Assembly (NCBI RefSeq): GCF_001194135.2
Contig: NC_068991.1
Span: 61,302,322-61,342,578, forward strand
From: Octopus bimaculoides
Lineage: Eukaryota
Length of the DNA: 40,257 nt
Reading direction: 5' to 3'
Numbering within the stretch: position 1 is the stretch's first letter; each line of letters starts with the position of its first letter. Below, piece by piece: positions 22,238-34,276 of this stretch. The notes below the pieces were generated by a model. That model was given only the letters and a program-made list of their open reading frames with translations. It ran no database searches and was not told the DNA's origin. The position numbers were made by a program, and so were the translations under genes.

Positions 22238-22345
22238 GGAAAGCCTTCTTTTTTCTGTCGAGGGCTTATATGCCTCTTTATTAGACTATTTTCCTTAGTC
22301 ATTGCATGGTGATCGCCATAAGCTTTAAGCTTATATAAAAATACC

Positions 22346-22388
<43 letters not shown>

Positions 22389-22999
22389 CATAGATATGTA
22401 GATAGATAGCTGTACATGTATTCCTATGTGTGTGTGGATGCATCAGTTATCTCATAGACGCAGTATTAGCAACTTTTCTAAGATTCTGCGACATTGATTC
22501 CTTCTTTTTCTTTTTTCCTTCTTCATTTTTCCAAAGTATTTAACAAAGAACTTGAATCTGTTTGTTTTCACACAGAGGTATTGAATCCTGGTTGTTGGCA
22601 AACTTTGATTCCAGGAAAATAATGGAATAATATTACGTTTTTTTTTTTCTTTCTGTGGTAATTAAATTATACAAAGTGAGAACTTAATTATAAAACTAAT
22701 TAAAAAATATTTCAAAGTTAAAAGGAGTGTTTTTTTTTTTTTCAGCATTTAAGGACCAAAAGCCCCCATAAATTTCTAATTGCATATTGAAGGTCAGCCC
22801 AAACTTCTATTCTAGAATTATCTTCATACAGTCAATTGACTTTATATTTCTCATATTTAGTGAATAGCATGTTAGAGGTTAAATGGAAAGCTTAGCTTCC
22901 AGTTACTGCCAACATTGTATTGAATATACTTCTCATTTCTTTTCAGCGTTTGTTGCTGTAGTTTTTAGAATTGGTCTTGTTGTTGTTATTTTTCATAAT

Positions 23000-23496
23000 G
23001 ATGGTAGTGATGATGATGATAATAATGATGATGATGATGATGATGACGACGATGATGATGACGATGTTGTAGCTGTTGTTGTTACTTTTAATGATGATGA
23101 TGATGACAACGACGACGACGACGGCGGCGGTGGTGGTGGTGGTGGTGGTGGTAGTGGTGGTGATGATGATGACGATGATAATGCTGTTGTTGTTACATTT
23201 AATGATGATGATGATANNNNNNNNNNNNNNNNNNNNNNNNNNNNNNNNNNNNNNNNNNNNNNNNNNNNNNNNNNNNNNNNNNNNNNNNNNNNNNNNNNNN
23301 NNNNNNNNNNNNNNNNNNNNNNNNNNNNNNNNNNNNNNNNNNNNNNNNNNNNNNNNNNNNNNNNNNNNNNNNNNNNNNNNNNNNNNNNNNNNNNNNNNNN
23401 NNNNNNNTGGTAGTGGTGGTGATGATGATGACGATGATAATGCTGTTGTTGTTACATTTAATGATGATGATGATGATAATGATGATGATGATGATA

Positions 23497-23536
<40 letters not shown>

Positions 23537-23770
23537 CGATGTTGCAGCTGTTGTTGTTACTTTTAATGATGATGATGATGACAACGATGACGACGACGGC
23601 GGCGGTGGTGGTGGTGGTGGTGGTGGTAGTGGTGGTGATGATGATGACGATGATAATGCTGTTGTTGTTACATTTAATGATGATGATGATAATAATGATG
23701 ATGATGTTATTGTTGTTGTTATTTTTAATGATGATGATGATGATGATGATGATGTTGTTGTTATTGTTGT
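23000..23770. repeat. (GAT)/(GAC)/(GGT)/(GTT) compound repeat with a higher-order period of about 216 bp
   Basis: TGGTAGTGGTGGTGATGATGATGACGATGATAATGCTG recurs at 23149, 23408 and 23624; spans gap 23217-23407. Confidence 0.85.
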
Positions 23771-24116
23771 TATTTCAGCACCGCAAAATTAGTTTTCATA
23801 ATTTCCGATTAAATTGGCCATCTTCAAAAGCAGTCAAACCTTACTTGCTTTCTAATTTATTCCACTAGAGTGAGCTTGCAAAAACACCCATCGATTTTAT
23901 AGTGCTCTCACTGTCTACAGTGATGAAGTATGCAAGTGTGCATCTTGCCTTGAGGTCATGTCTTTCAGAAAAGGCTGTAAAGTGGAATTGCTCTCTATTC
24001 CAAGACAGACCAAAACATGTGTGTCTAGAATACAAAAATCTTACAGCAGACCCTATGTTTTTGATTGGCAGCCTTGATGCTGTAGGTCTGCAAGAGCAGA
24101 ACATATTGAGGGCTAC

Positions 24117-24130
24117 TCAGCAACAACAGC

Positions 24131-24173
<43 letters not shown>

Positions 24174-24299
24174 GCAGCAGCAGTAACAGCAGCAACAATA
24201 GCACTAATAATAATGTTTTCTAAGATGGGTAAAAGGCCTGAAATTTTGTGGGTGGGGACTAGTCAATTACATTGACGCCAGTGTTTCGTTGGTATTTAG

Positions 24300-24362
<63 letters not shown>

Positions 24363-24372
24363 TGATAATAAT
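24117..24372. repeat. (CAG)n tract (24117-24200) and (AAT)n tract (24303-24372)
   Basis: Directly visible. Confidence 0.9.
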
Positions 24373-24895
24373 GGCTTCTCATCTTAACTGATTGGAAGTG
24401 TTATCACGTACAATGTTTTGTCTTGGTATAAAAGATGGGCTGCAGCAAATATTCTGCTCAAAACCACAGATTTGCTTGTCAGTTATTTGTCCTTAACCAG
24501 TTGAACATGTCCCTTAGTGGCTGACAATATGTGCATCTCTGATCACGAGCAGAAGTAGTGGGGGAACATCATAGTCATGTGTTGAGAGGAATTCTCTGGT
24601 GTTTGAATAATTCAGATTTGGAAACATGGGTGTTTCGTTTGACAGCCTCAAACAACTTTTATTCAAGGATCTTTTGAGCAGGATGGGCTACTCGACCTGA
24701 AGAAAAATTCTAACTGAGCCCCACCTGCGAGGTCATACGCTGTTTATCTTGATATGAGATCACCATGTAGCGCACATATGGTTGTGATGCATGTGCCTCG
24801 TGTACCCTTATCACGCGGGGAGTCATGAAGGGTTTAATGGGTCTCGTAAATTGTACCCCAGTGTCATTTTGATGGCATGCACTGCTTTCCCACTC
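24372..24895. mobile_element. About 525-bp GC-richer block embedded between (AAT)n tracts; probable interspersed repeat
   Basis: Sharp boundaries into AAT repeats on both sides. Family identity is from recall only and is not repeated within the window. Confidence 0.4.
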
Positions 24896-24906
24896 AATAA
24901 TAATAC

Positions 24907-24947
<41 letters not shown>

Positions 24948-27900
24948 TTAATAATGTTTTCTACTAGAAGCACAAAGCCTGAAACATTTTAAGGGAGATT
25001 AGTAGATTATATCGAAACTAGTGTTTACATGGTGCATCTTTTATCAAACCTGAAAGGATGAAAGGTAAAGTCGACACTGGTGGAATTTGAACACAGAATG
25101 TAAATATGGATAAAAGGATGCTAAGCATTTTGTCTGGGGTTCAAATGATGCCATCAGCTCACAACCTTTGTAATATAGGCACAAGGCCTGAAATTTCGGG
25201 AAAGGGGATGAGTCGATTAGATCGAACCCAGTGCGTAACTGGTACTTATTTCATCAACCCTGAATGGATGGAAATCAAAGTTGACCATGGTGGAATTTGA
25301 ACCCAGAACGCAGCAGTAGACAAAATACCACTAAGCATTTTCCCTGGTGTGCTAACGATTCTTTTGTAATATAGGCACAAGGCCTGAGATTTCGGGGAAG
25401 GGGATGCGTGGATTAGATCGACCCCAGTGCGTAACTGGGACTTATTTCATCAACCCTGAATCTTTGGAAAGCAAACTGGACCATAGTGGAATTCGAACGC
25501 AGCTCACAACCTTTGTAATATAGGCACAAGGCCTGAAATTTCGGGAAAGGGGATGAGTCGATTAGATCGAACCATGGTGGAATTTAGACCCAGAACGGAG
25601 AAGCAGACGAAACACCACAAAGCGTTTCACCTGGAATGCTAACGATACTTTTGTAATATAGGTACAAGGCCTGAAATTTCGGTGAAGGGATTGAGTCGAT
25701 TAGATCGACACCAGTGCGTTTGAATCCAGAACGCAGCAGCCGACGAAATAATACTCAACATTGCACCTGGTATGATAACAATTTTTTGGAATATAGGCAC
25801 AAGTACTGAGATTTCGCGGAAGGCGATGAGTCGATTAGATCGACCCCAGTGCGTAATTGGTACATATTTCAACAAACATGATTGGATGGAAAGCAAAGTC
25901 GACCATGGTGGAATTTGAACCCAGAACGCAGCAGCAGATAAATAAAACTAAGCATTTCACCTGATATGCTAAAGGTGCTTTTGTAATATAGGCACAAGGC
26001 CCGAATTTTCGGGGAAGGGGATGAGACGATTAGATCGACGCCAGTGCGTAACTGGTACTTATTACATCAACCCAGAGTAGATGGAAAGCAAAGTGGACCA
26101 TGGTGGAATTTGAACCCAGAAGGCAGCAGCAGACGAAATACCACTAAGAATTTCACCTGGTATTCTAATGAATCTTTTGTAATATAGGCACAAGGCCCTA
26201 AATTTCGGGGAAGGGGATGAGTGGATTAAATCGATCCCAGTACGTAACTGGTACTTATTACATCAAACCTGAATTGATGGAAAACAATGTCGACTATGGC
26301 GGAAATTGAGCCCAGAACGCAGCAGCAGACGAAATACCACTAAGCATTTCATCTGGTATGCTAACAATTTTTTGGAATATAGGCACAAGGCTTGAAATTT
26401 TGGTGAAGGGGTTGAGTCGATTAGATCGACCCCAGTGCGTAACTGGTACTTATTTCATCAGCCCTGATTGGATGGAAGACGAAATACCACTAAGCCTTTC
26501 ACCTGGCATGATAACGATTCTTTTGTAATATAGGCACAAGTACTGAGATTTCGGGGAAGGGGAGGAATCGATTAGATCGACACCAGTGCGTTTGAACCCA
26601 GAACGCAGCGCCCGAAGAAATAATACTAAGCATTGCACCTGGTATGATAAAGATACTTTTTGTAATATAGGCACAAGTCCTGAAATTTCGGGAAAGGGGA
26701 TGAGTCGATTAGACCGACCCCAGTGCGTAACTGGTACTTATTTCATCAACCCTGATTGGATGAAAAGCAAAGTGGACCGTGGCGGAATTTGAACCCAGAA
26801 CGCAGCAGCAGACGAAATACAGCTAAGCATTTCATCTTGTGTGCTAACGATTATTTTGTAATATAGGCACAATGCTTGAAATTTCGGGGAAGGGGATGAG
26901 ACGATTAGATCAACTCCAGTGCGTAACTGGTACTTATTACATCGACCCTGAATAGATGGAAAGAAAAGTGGACCATGGTGGAATTTGGACCCAGAACGGA
27001 GAAGCAGACGAAATACCACTAAGCATTTCATCTGGTATGCTAACGATTCTTTTGTAATATAGGCACAAGGCTTGACATTTCGGGAAAGGGGTTGAGTCGA
27101 TTAGATCGACCCCAGTGCGTAACTGGTACTTATTTCATCAACCCTGATTGGATGGAAAGCAAAGTGGACCATGGTGGAATTTGGACCCAGAACGGAGAAG
27201 CAGACGAAACATCACTAAGCATTTCATCTGGTATGCTAACGATACTTTTGTAATATAGGCACCAGGCCTGAAATTTCGGTGAAGTGATTGAGTCGATTAG
27301 ATCGACACCAGTGCGTTTGAATCCAGAACGCAGCAGCCGACGAAATAATACTCAACATTGCACCTGGTATGATAACAATTTTTTGGAATATAGGCACAAG
27401 GTCCGAAATTTCCGGGGAGGGGATGAGTCGATTAGATCGACCCCAGTTCGTAACTGGTACTTATTTCATCAACCCTGAATGGCTGGAAAGCAATGTGGAG
27501 TAAGGTGGAATTTGAACCTAAAACGCATCAGCAGACGAAATACCACTAAGAATTTCACCTGGTACGCTAACGATTCTTTTGTAATATAGGCACAAAGCCC
27601 GAAATTTCGGTGAAGGGGTTGAGTATTAGATCGACCCCAGTGCGTAACTGGTACTTATTTTATCTACCCTGAATGGTTGGAAAGCAAAGTGGACCAAGGT
27701 GGAATTTGAACCCAGAACGCAGCAGCAGACGAAATACCACTAAGCATTTCATCTGGTATGCAAACAATTTTTTGGAATATAGGCACAAGGCTTGAAATTT
27801 CGGGGAAGGGATTGAGTCGATTAGATCGACACCAGTGCGTAACTGGTACATATTTCATCAAATATGATTGGATGGAAAGCAAAGTCGACCATGGTGGAAT

Positions 27901-28375
27901 TTGAACCCAGAACGCTGTAGCAGATAAATAACACTAAGCATTTCACCTGATATACTAAGGGTGCTTTTGTAATATAGGCACAAGGCCCGAAATTTCGGGG
28001 AAGGGGATGAGACTATTAGATGGAAACCAGTGCGTAACTGGTACTTATTACATCAACCCTGAATAGATGGAAAGCAAAGTGGACCGTGGTGGTATTTGGA
28101 CCCAGAACGGAGAAGCAGACGAAATACCACTAAGCATTTCATCTGGTATACTAACGATTCTTTTGTAATATAGGCACAATGCCTGAAATTTTGGTGAAGG
28201 GATTGAGTCGATTAGATCGACACCAGTGCGTAACTGGTACATATTTCATGAAACATGATTGGATGGAAAGCAAAGTCGACCATGGTGGAATTTGAACCCA
28301 GAACGCAGCAGCAGACGAAATACCACTAAGAATTTTGACCGGTGTGCTAACGATTCTGCCAGCTCACTATCTTAG
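24896..28375 (-). repeat. Tandem array of about 19 copies of a Nin/Sauria-like-core SINE body (unit mostly 193-196 bp; deletion variants 135-151 bp)
   Basis: The (T/G)AATATAGG anchor occurs at 25171, 25367, 25516, 25654, 25789, 25984, 26180, 26375, 26526, 26663, 26859, 27055, 27251, 27386, 27582, 27775, 27970 and 28166, plus a diverged unit at 24961. One (ATT)n tail on the left, one intact SINE head on the right. Confidence 0.95.
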
Positions 28376-28414
28376 CAATAGCAATAACAATAACAATAAT
28401 GATTATAATAATAG

Positions 28415-28525
28415 TTTCAGATTTTGGCACAAGGTCAGCAATTCTGAGGAAAGGTTAAGTCAATTATATAATTAATATTTATTTTAGTTTATTGACCCTC
28501 AAAGGACAACAGGCAAAGTTGACCT
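28415..28525 (-). mobile_element. Diverged fragment of the same SINE family
   Basis: GGCACAAGG...TTGACCCTCAAAGGA...GGCAAAGTTGACCTCAG. Confidence 0.6.
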
Positions 28526-28539
28526 CAGTGAAATCTGAA

Positions 28540-28645
28540 AAGCTTATATATATATATCTATATATTTATCTATCTATCTATCTGTCTGTCTCTCTATCTA
28601 CATATCTATCTACCTACATTTTTACCTACCCATCTGTCTGTCTAG

Positions 28646-28688
<43 letters not shown>

Positions 28689-28762
28689 GTCTGTCTGTCT
28701 CTCTGTCTGTCTGCCTGCCTGTCTGTCTGTCCTTTTGTCTCTCTGCCTGCCTGTCTGTCTAT

Positions 28763-28814
<52 letters not shown>

Positions 28815-28860
28815 GTGTCTGTCTATCTGTCTATCTGTCTATCTGTCTATCTATCCATTT
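28540..28860. repeat. (TATC)n/(TGTC)n tetranucleotide microsatellite
   Basis: Directly visible; source of the [11 protein letters not shown]. Confidence 0.95.
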
Positions 28861-28890
28861 ATTTCTATGTATGTATATACATAAGTATAT

Positions 28891-29277
28891 AGGAGTGGCT
28901 GTGTGGTAAGTTGCTTGCTTACCAACCACATGGTTCCGGGTTCAGTTTCACTGCGTGGCACCTTGGGCAAGTGTCTTCTACTATAGTCTCGGGCCGACCA
29001 AAGCCTTGTGAGTGGATTCGGTAGACGGAAACTGAAAGATGCCCGTCGTATATATGTATATGTATATATATATATGTGTGTGTGTTTGTCCCCCCCAACA
29101 TTGCTTGACAACCGATGCTGGTGTGTTTACGTCCTCGTAACTTAGCGGTTCGGCAAAAGAGACCGATAGAATAAGTACAAGGCTTACAAAGAATAAGTCC
29201 TGGAATAGATTTGCTCGACTAAAGGTAGTGCTCCAGCATGGCAGCAGTCAAATGACTGAAACAAGTAAACAAGTAAC
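28891..29277 (+). mobile_element. Full-length young CTTGGGCAAGTG-family tRNA SINE with an 8-bp TSD
   Basis: Head AGGAGTGGCTGTGTGGTAAG...CCGGGTTCAG, core CACCTTGGGCAAGTGTCTTC. AAGTATAT at 28883-28890 and 29278-29285. Confidence 0.9.
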
Positions 29278-29614
29278 AAGTATATGTTAACCAAAATACA
29301 CGTGAAAATTGAGGATTGTATATATTTCTGTCTGTCAACCTGTCTGTCAGTTTCTCTTTCTTTCTATATATATATATGCATGTGTTTGTGTGTGTGTGCA
29401 TGTGTATGCATGTGTATAACAAATGTATTCAGAGAGTAAACTATACTTTTATTGTCAAATAGTGCCTTTCCATTTGCACACACACACACACACTCACAGA
29501 CACAAAGACACACACACATAGATACATACATCATCATCATCATCGTTTAACGTCCACTTTCCATGCTGGCATGGGTTGGACGGTTTGACTGAGGACTGTG
29601 AGTGTACATATGTA

Positions 29615-29830
29615 TGTGTGTCCTTGTCTTGACATCAGGTGATAGTTGTAAATGAGTGTCACTGTCATACAAGCAGTGTCAGTCATTTCTAATATTCTGC
29701 ATCAACATACCTGGCCATAGAGAAAAAGCTTGGAAAAGGATTAGCAATTGGAAAGGGCATCAGGCTATAGAAAATCTGCTTTAATAAACTCCATCCAACT
29801 CATGCAAGCATAGAAATGCAGGCACCAATA
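29615..29830 (+). mobile_element. SINE-like repeat with an RTE-type tail (related to 39975-40215)
   Basis: TCCTTGTCTTGACATC...GATAGTTGTAAA...GGAAGGGCATC-A-CTATAGAAAATCT motifs shared with the copy at the window end. Confidence 0.5.
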
Positions 29831-31319
29831 CAATGATGATGAAGATAATATGAATCTGAAGACTTATGGACTCTCAAATGCAACAGGCTAGCTTTATCAC
29901 TTTATCCCAACATACATAACTGCACATTTCCCTGACTGTTTTCCCTGTTTTTCTTCTGAAGATGGGCATTTGCACCTGAAACATAAAGATTTTAGTAAAC
30001 TTTCTGCATTGTCAGAAGCTTTCTACTTTCTCTCTTTTTGCCTTTTTCCATATTACAATGCTTCACGCAAACTACAACATTCTTTTATCACTATATTTAG
30101 TTTACAGAAAATGTGCGTGGGTATTGTCTTTACAAGCTTGTTTGCACATCAGAGGAGATCTACGGGTAGTCTATAGACCATTATTGAACAAGACCATGTG
30201 CTTAGGTTGTAATCTGAACACACGTCTCTTTAGTATCACAACATAAGTTTTGTATATGTTTAGTAGGATTCACTGGGTTACAAGTATCTATCCATGTGTT
30301 TCTTTTCTCTTTTCCAGCTGAGGCAGCTATGCATCTCTGCTACATGTTCCTGTCATACTTTAACCTTACATTATCAGACATAAAGCCACCTCTTTCAATA
30401 CTACTCCCTCATTCAGTCAGAGGTCTTGCTTTGCAAGTCACTTGGTGACCTCACTGGTGCTGGTGCCACATAAAAAGTACATTCAGTGCACTCTGTAAAC
30501 TGATGGGTGTTAGGAAACTATGCCAAAGCAGGCAAATAAAAAAAGAAAAACACAAAATAAAGTACACAAATATTGTCAATATTTTAAATTCACACCATAA
30601 AACAATGCCTAGAACAGAGTTTGAACCTATAATATATAAATTAATAGCAGAGTATATTAAACTCTCGGTTGCACATATGCTTTTATATTACCTATTTTTA
30701 AAGCTATTAAATTTTTTTCTCCATTCCTTCATGTCGTCGTAAAATATGAAAATAAAAGAGATTTTGAAAAAGATGCAAAAAAAGCAATTTATCTGCTATT
30801 TTTGGTTAATGTTTTAAACATTTGAAGGAATTTTATGGCAATTTTCTTTAATTTTATATTCACATTAACAAAACTTCTTTCAATATATCACTGAAAATAG
30901 TTGCTGTCTAGCTTGTTTGGTATGAGCTGCAAGAATTTGTTTCACTTTGATATTATTCTGAGAAGTTATTTCATTTCACAGGGGAGCTGCTGTTAGAAAA
31001 ATGTCCCTTTAAATTGTATATCAAAGTTAATAGAAAATAGGATACCCATTAATACAAACTGACAATATTCTGGCACCAGGCTGCACCATTGCATGGTAAC
31101 CAAAATGACGCAAAGAGACACATTCATTTCATTCTTTTTCTTCCTCTTGTTTTTCTTCTTCTTTTTCCCAACTACGATTGGAGATATTGGTTTCTGAATG
31201 AGTAGGTTTATAAATTTCTCGTAACTTTTGAAAACCAGGACTTTCTCTATGATGTGTGAATGTGTGTGTGTNNNNNNNNNNAGTGCATATGCGTGAGAGA
31301 AAGAGAGATTATGTTCGTA

Positions 31320-31566
31320 TATAGCTTTTATCTTTTAACTTTAACTTGTTTCAGTTATTTGACTGAGGCCATGCTGGGGCACTACCTTCGAAGTTTTTTT
31401 TTACTCAAACAAATTGACCCCAGGACTTATTCTATCAGGCTCATTTACCAAACTATTGAGTTATGGGGACATAAACACACCATCAACAGCTGTCAAGCAG
31501 TGGTGGGGGACAAGCACAGACACAAGGACAAACACACATTGCTATTTATATACACACACGCATGCA

Positions 31567-31601
<35 letters not shown>

Positions 31602-31770
31602 ACACACATACACACATACACAAACATATACAAACGATGGGCTTCTTTCAGTTTCTATTAACCAAATCCACTCGCAAGGCTTTGGTTGGCCCAAGGCTAT
31701 AGTAGAAGACGCTTGCTCAAGGTACCATGCAGTAGGACTGAACCTGGAACCATGTGGTTGTGAAGCAAGC
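31320..31770 (-). mobile_element. Full-length diverged CTTGGGCAAGTG-family SINE
   Basis: Reverse complement of the 28891-29277 sequence, with an internal (CA)n tract. Confidence 0.8.
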
Positions 31771-32019
31771 TTTTTGTTTTTTAGAATCCTACTAACGGCA
31801 AAAAATAAGGTTGTGTTATCGCTTCCTCTGTCTTTGTTCTCTTTTCTTTTCTATTCCAATATTCTAGCATATCTATAGTTGGTAGGGACACTGCATTTTG
31901 TTTGTGCAGCCATAATATACTCCCAGTATATTGTGGTTGCATGACAAAATATAATGCCCTTACCAGCAATTAATTTGTATGTACCAGTTTCTAGGAATGT
32001 GTTTAATATGTAAAAATTG

Positions 32020-32520
32020 GTATATCCAAAATGGATAGACGAATGTTGAGGTGGTTTGACTACATGGAGAGGATGGATAAGGAGTGGATGGTAAGGAGGG
32101 TGATAAAGGCAGAAGTGGTAGGCAGCAGAACCGGAGGCAGACCTCAGTTTGTGTGGATGGATGGAGTGAGGAAAGCTTTGGTGGTTAGAGGTGTTGAAGT
32201 GAAAGAGGCAAGAGAGTTTATAAATGATAGAAAAGCTTGGAGAGTGTTTATGGACAGATGAGTGAATTTATGTTGCTCAAAGGAATACGGAACCAGCATG
32301 ATGCGGCAGGGATAAACCAGCATATGCTGTCGGGCCCCACTGCTAATATTGGGGGTTGTGTTCTATGCCTTGGCCCAAGCAAAGAATGGGGCTCGCCTCT
32401 TTGAGGGAAATGAATGGAATAGGAAATGAAATGGAATGCCTGGTGTATGTCTTGTTGTGGCTACCCCCTCCTAAAAAAATGGGGAATAGACCTGGGTATA
32501 AAGAAAAACAATTACATTAC
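32020..32520 (+). mobile_element. 3' end of a second RTE-clade LINE family
   Basis: ORF 32031-32261 RMLRWFDYMERMDKEWMVRRVIKAEVVGSRTGGRPQFVWMDGVRKAL...DRKAWR is the RTE C-terminal signature, followed by a 3'UTR. Confidence 0.8.
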
Positions 32521-32819
32521 ATCACTGTATTTAGTGGGTCTTTAAGCAATGTGTTTGTGGATTTTTAATGGGTTGGATGTGATGCTGAAGAAGGAGCAAG
32601 AACTCTTGAAATATGCATATACACCTATTATCTATTTTTCTATCTATGATTGCATTGTTTACATGGATGTATTTATATATTAAAGGCTATAACTTTCAGT
32701 GTTGGCTCTAGTTTCGATAGAAAATGTATAGGATTAACTTTAAAAGTAAATATTCTAACGTCTCTACAACTACTGCAGGCCTGTCATGAGCATGAAAATT
32801 CATAGGGCTCAGGATTAAA

Positions 32820-33060
32820 CTGGTTTCTATGGCATGTAAATGATTGAGATTGCAACACCCCCTCTCCTGAAAGAGATGCCCAACTTGTCACAGGATTAAT
32901 TTCCAAGCTATTGCTGGGGTCTCATTTACAGTTCAGTGGACTGAAGCAACATGAAATGAAGTGTTTAGCTCAAGAACACAACATGCCACCCAGCATGGGA
33001 ATTGAATTCATGATTTTATGATCAAGAACGTAACACCCTAACCACAAGACCATGTGCTTT
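32820..33060 (-). mobile_element. tRNA-derived SINE of a third family (V-domain-like core)
   Basis: Minus strand reads GTGGTTAGGGTGTT...GAATTCAATTCCC...TTGTGTTCTTGAGC...CAGTCCACTGAACTGTAAATGAG. Confidence 0.55.
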
Positions 33061-33479
33061 CATATATTAGCATGCCACTGTGGACCTTGAAAAAAATATG
33101 GACCCACTACTGATTTTTTTTAATCCCCTATGTTTTGAAGCTAAAACTTTGAAAAGATCCAGCACAATTCTTGATTTACTTTTTGCAGCTGCTGCAGCAC
33201 TAATTGCAAATCAACCAAAGGAGAATAAGAGCTCATAGATTCTTTTTTGCTTACATCAAAACACCCTAAATAGTGCACCAATTAAAGATTATTCCAACAC
33301 AGATCAGAGAGTGAAACAAGCAGCCTGTTCACAAATTCTAAGATATATATTGAAATTGATTGAAACAACCTTCAAGTACTTCGGAAAACACAATCAATTC
33401 ATGTACCTCTCTTGGCAATGAGGTTATCATCTGAAATTCCCAAGACATTAAAGCTCTTTAGAAAGTTTAGATTGCCTAT

Positions 33480-33830
33480 ATAACTGCAACCTCTGTTGTA
33501 GCAGTATATAAAAGGTGGAATCTTGGTTGTCTCTCAGAACAAAGGATATCCAACCCTGCTTCTCTTCTAGCTACATGATATTGTTACCTGCTCTATCTTT
33601 CTTCCAACCTTTCCAGGCCTGACTCCTAGTTTGAAGAGCTGTAACTATAGTCATTTCTTCACCTTGCCAACAGCCATCTGGACAGTATCTAATTTCAAAC
33701 ACAAAGCTGTTCTATGAGCCATAACAGATTGTTTTGCAGAAATCCCATATGTTCTCTGTGTTGTTAGTCTCTATCTTCTTCTAGACATGCATGTCCCCTA
33801 GAATTTCTCAGACCCTTTGTTTAGCAGAAA
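33480..33830 (-). mobile_element. Old RTE LINE fragment (linker between endonuclease and RT)
   Basis: Residual motifs ENIWDF, ALQTRSQAWKGW and QYHVARREAG with many stops. Confidence 0.5.
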
Positions 33831-34084
33831 TATTCTTAAGTTTCCAGGAATTGCTGCGTAATTAAAAAGCTTGTTCTCCAACAACATGATTTGGGGTTCA
33901 GTCCTAATGCATGGAATCTTGGGCAAGTATCTTCTAATATATCCTTGAGTCAATCAATGCTCCATGAATGGATTTGGTTGATGGAAACTTTGTAGAAGAC
34001 TCTTAAATACTTACATACATACGTACGTACATACACACACACACACATACATACATACATACATACATACATACATACATACAT

Positions 34085-34276
34085 CTTCGTGCCGGTGGCA
34101 CGTAAAAGCACCCACTACACTCTCGGAGTGGTTGGCATTAGGAAGGGCATCCAGCTGTAGAAACCCTGCCAAATCAGATTGGAGCCTGGTGTAGCCATCC
34201 GGTTCACCAGTCCTCAGTCAAATCGTCCAACCCATGCTAGCATGGAAAGTGGATGTTAAACGATGATGATGATGAT
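34085..34276 (+). mobile_element. RTE-tail element inserted next to (TACA)n
   Basis: CGTGCCGGTGGCACGTAAAAGCACCC...GTTAAAC(GAT)n. Confidence 0.85.

Noticed and set aside
23865-24144. Overlapping 79-80 aa ORFs on both strands; faint resemblance to a hAT transposase C-terminus
   Set aside because: Similarity too weak to assign; the plus ORF runs into (CAG)n.
25106-28242. Regularly spaced conserved repeats with short ORFs, superficially CRISPR-like or a repeat protein
   Set aside because: Whole units are homologous with no unique spacers, there are no cas genes, the context is eukaryotic, and the ORFs are broken in most units; explained as a SINE array.
31060-31130. Cluster of RFX-like (TTGCATGGTAAC) and ATF/CEBP-like (TGACGCAA) motifs
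   Set aside because: Short motifs are expected by chance in 40 kb; no conservation data available.
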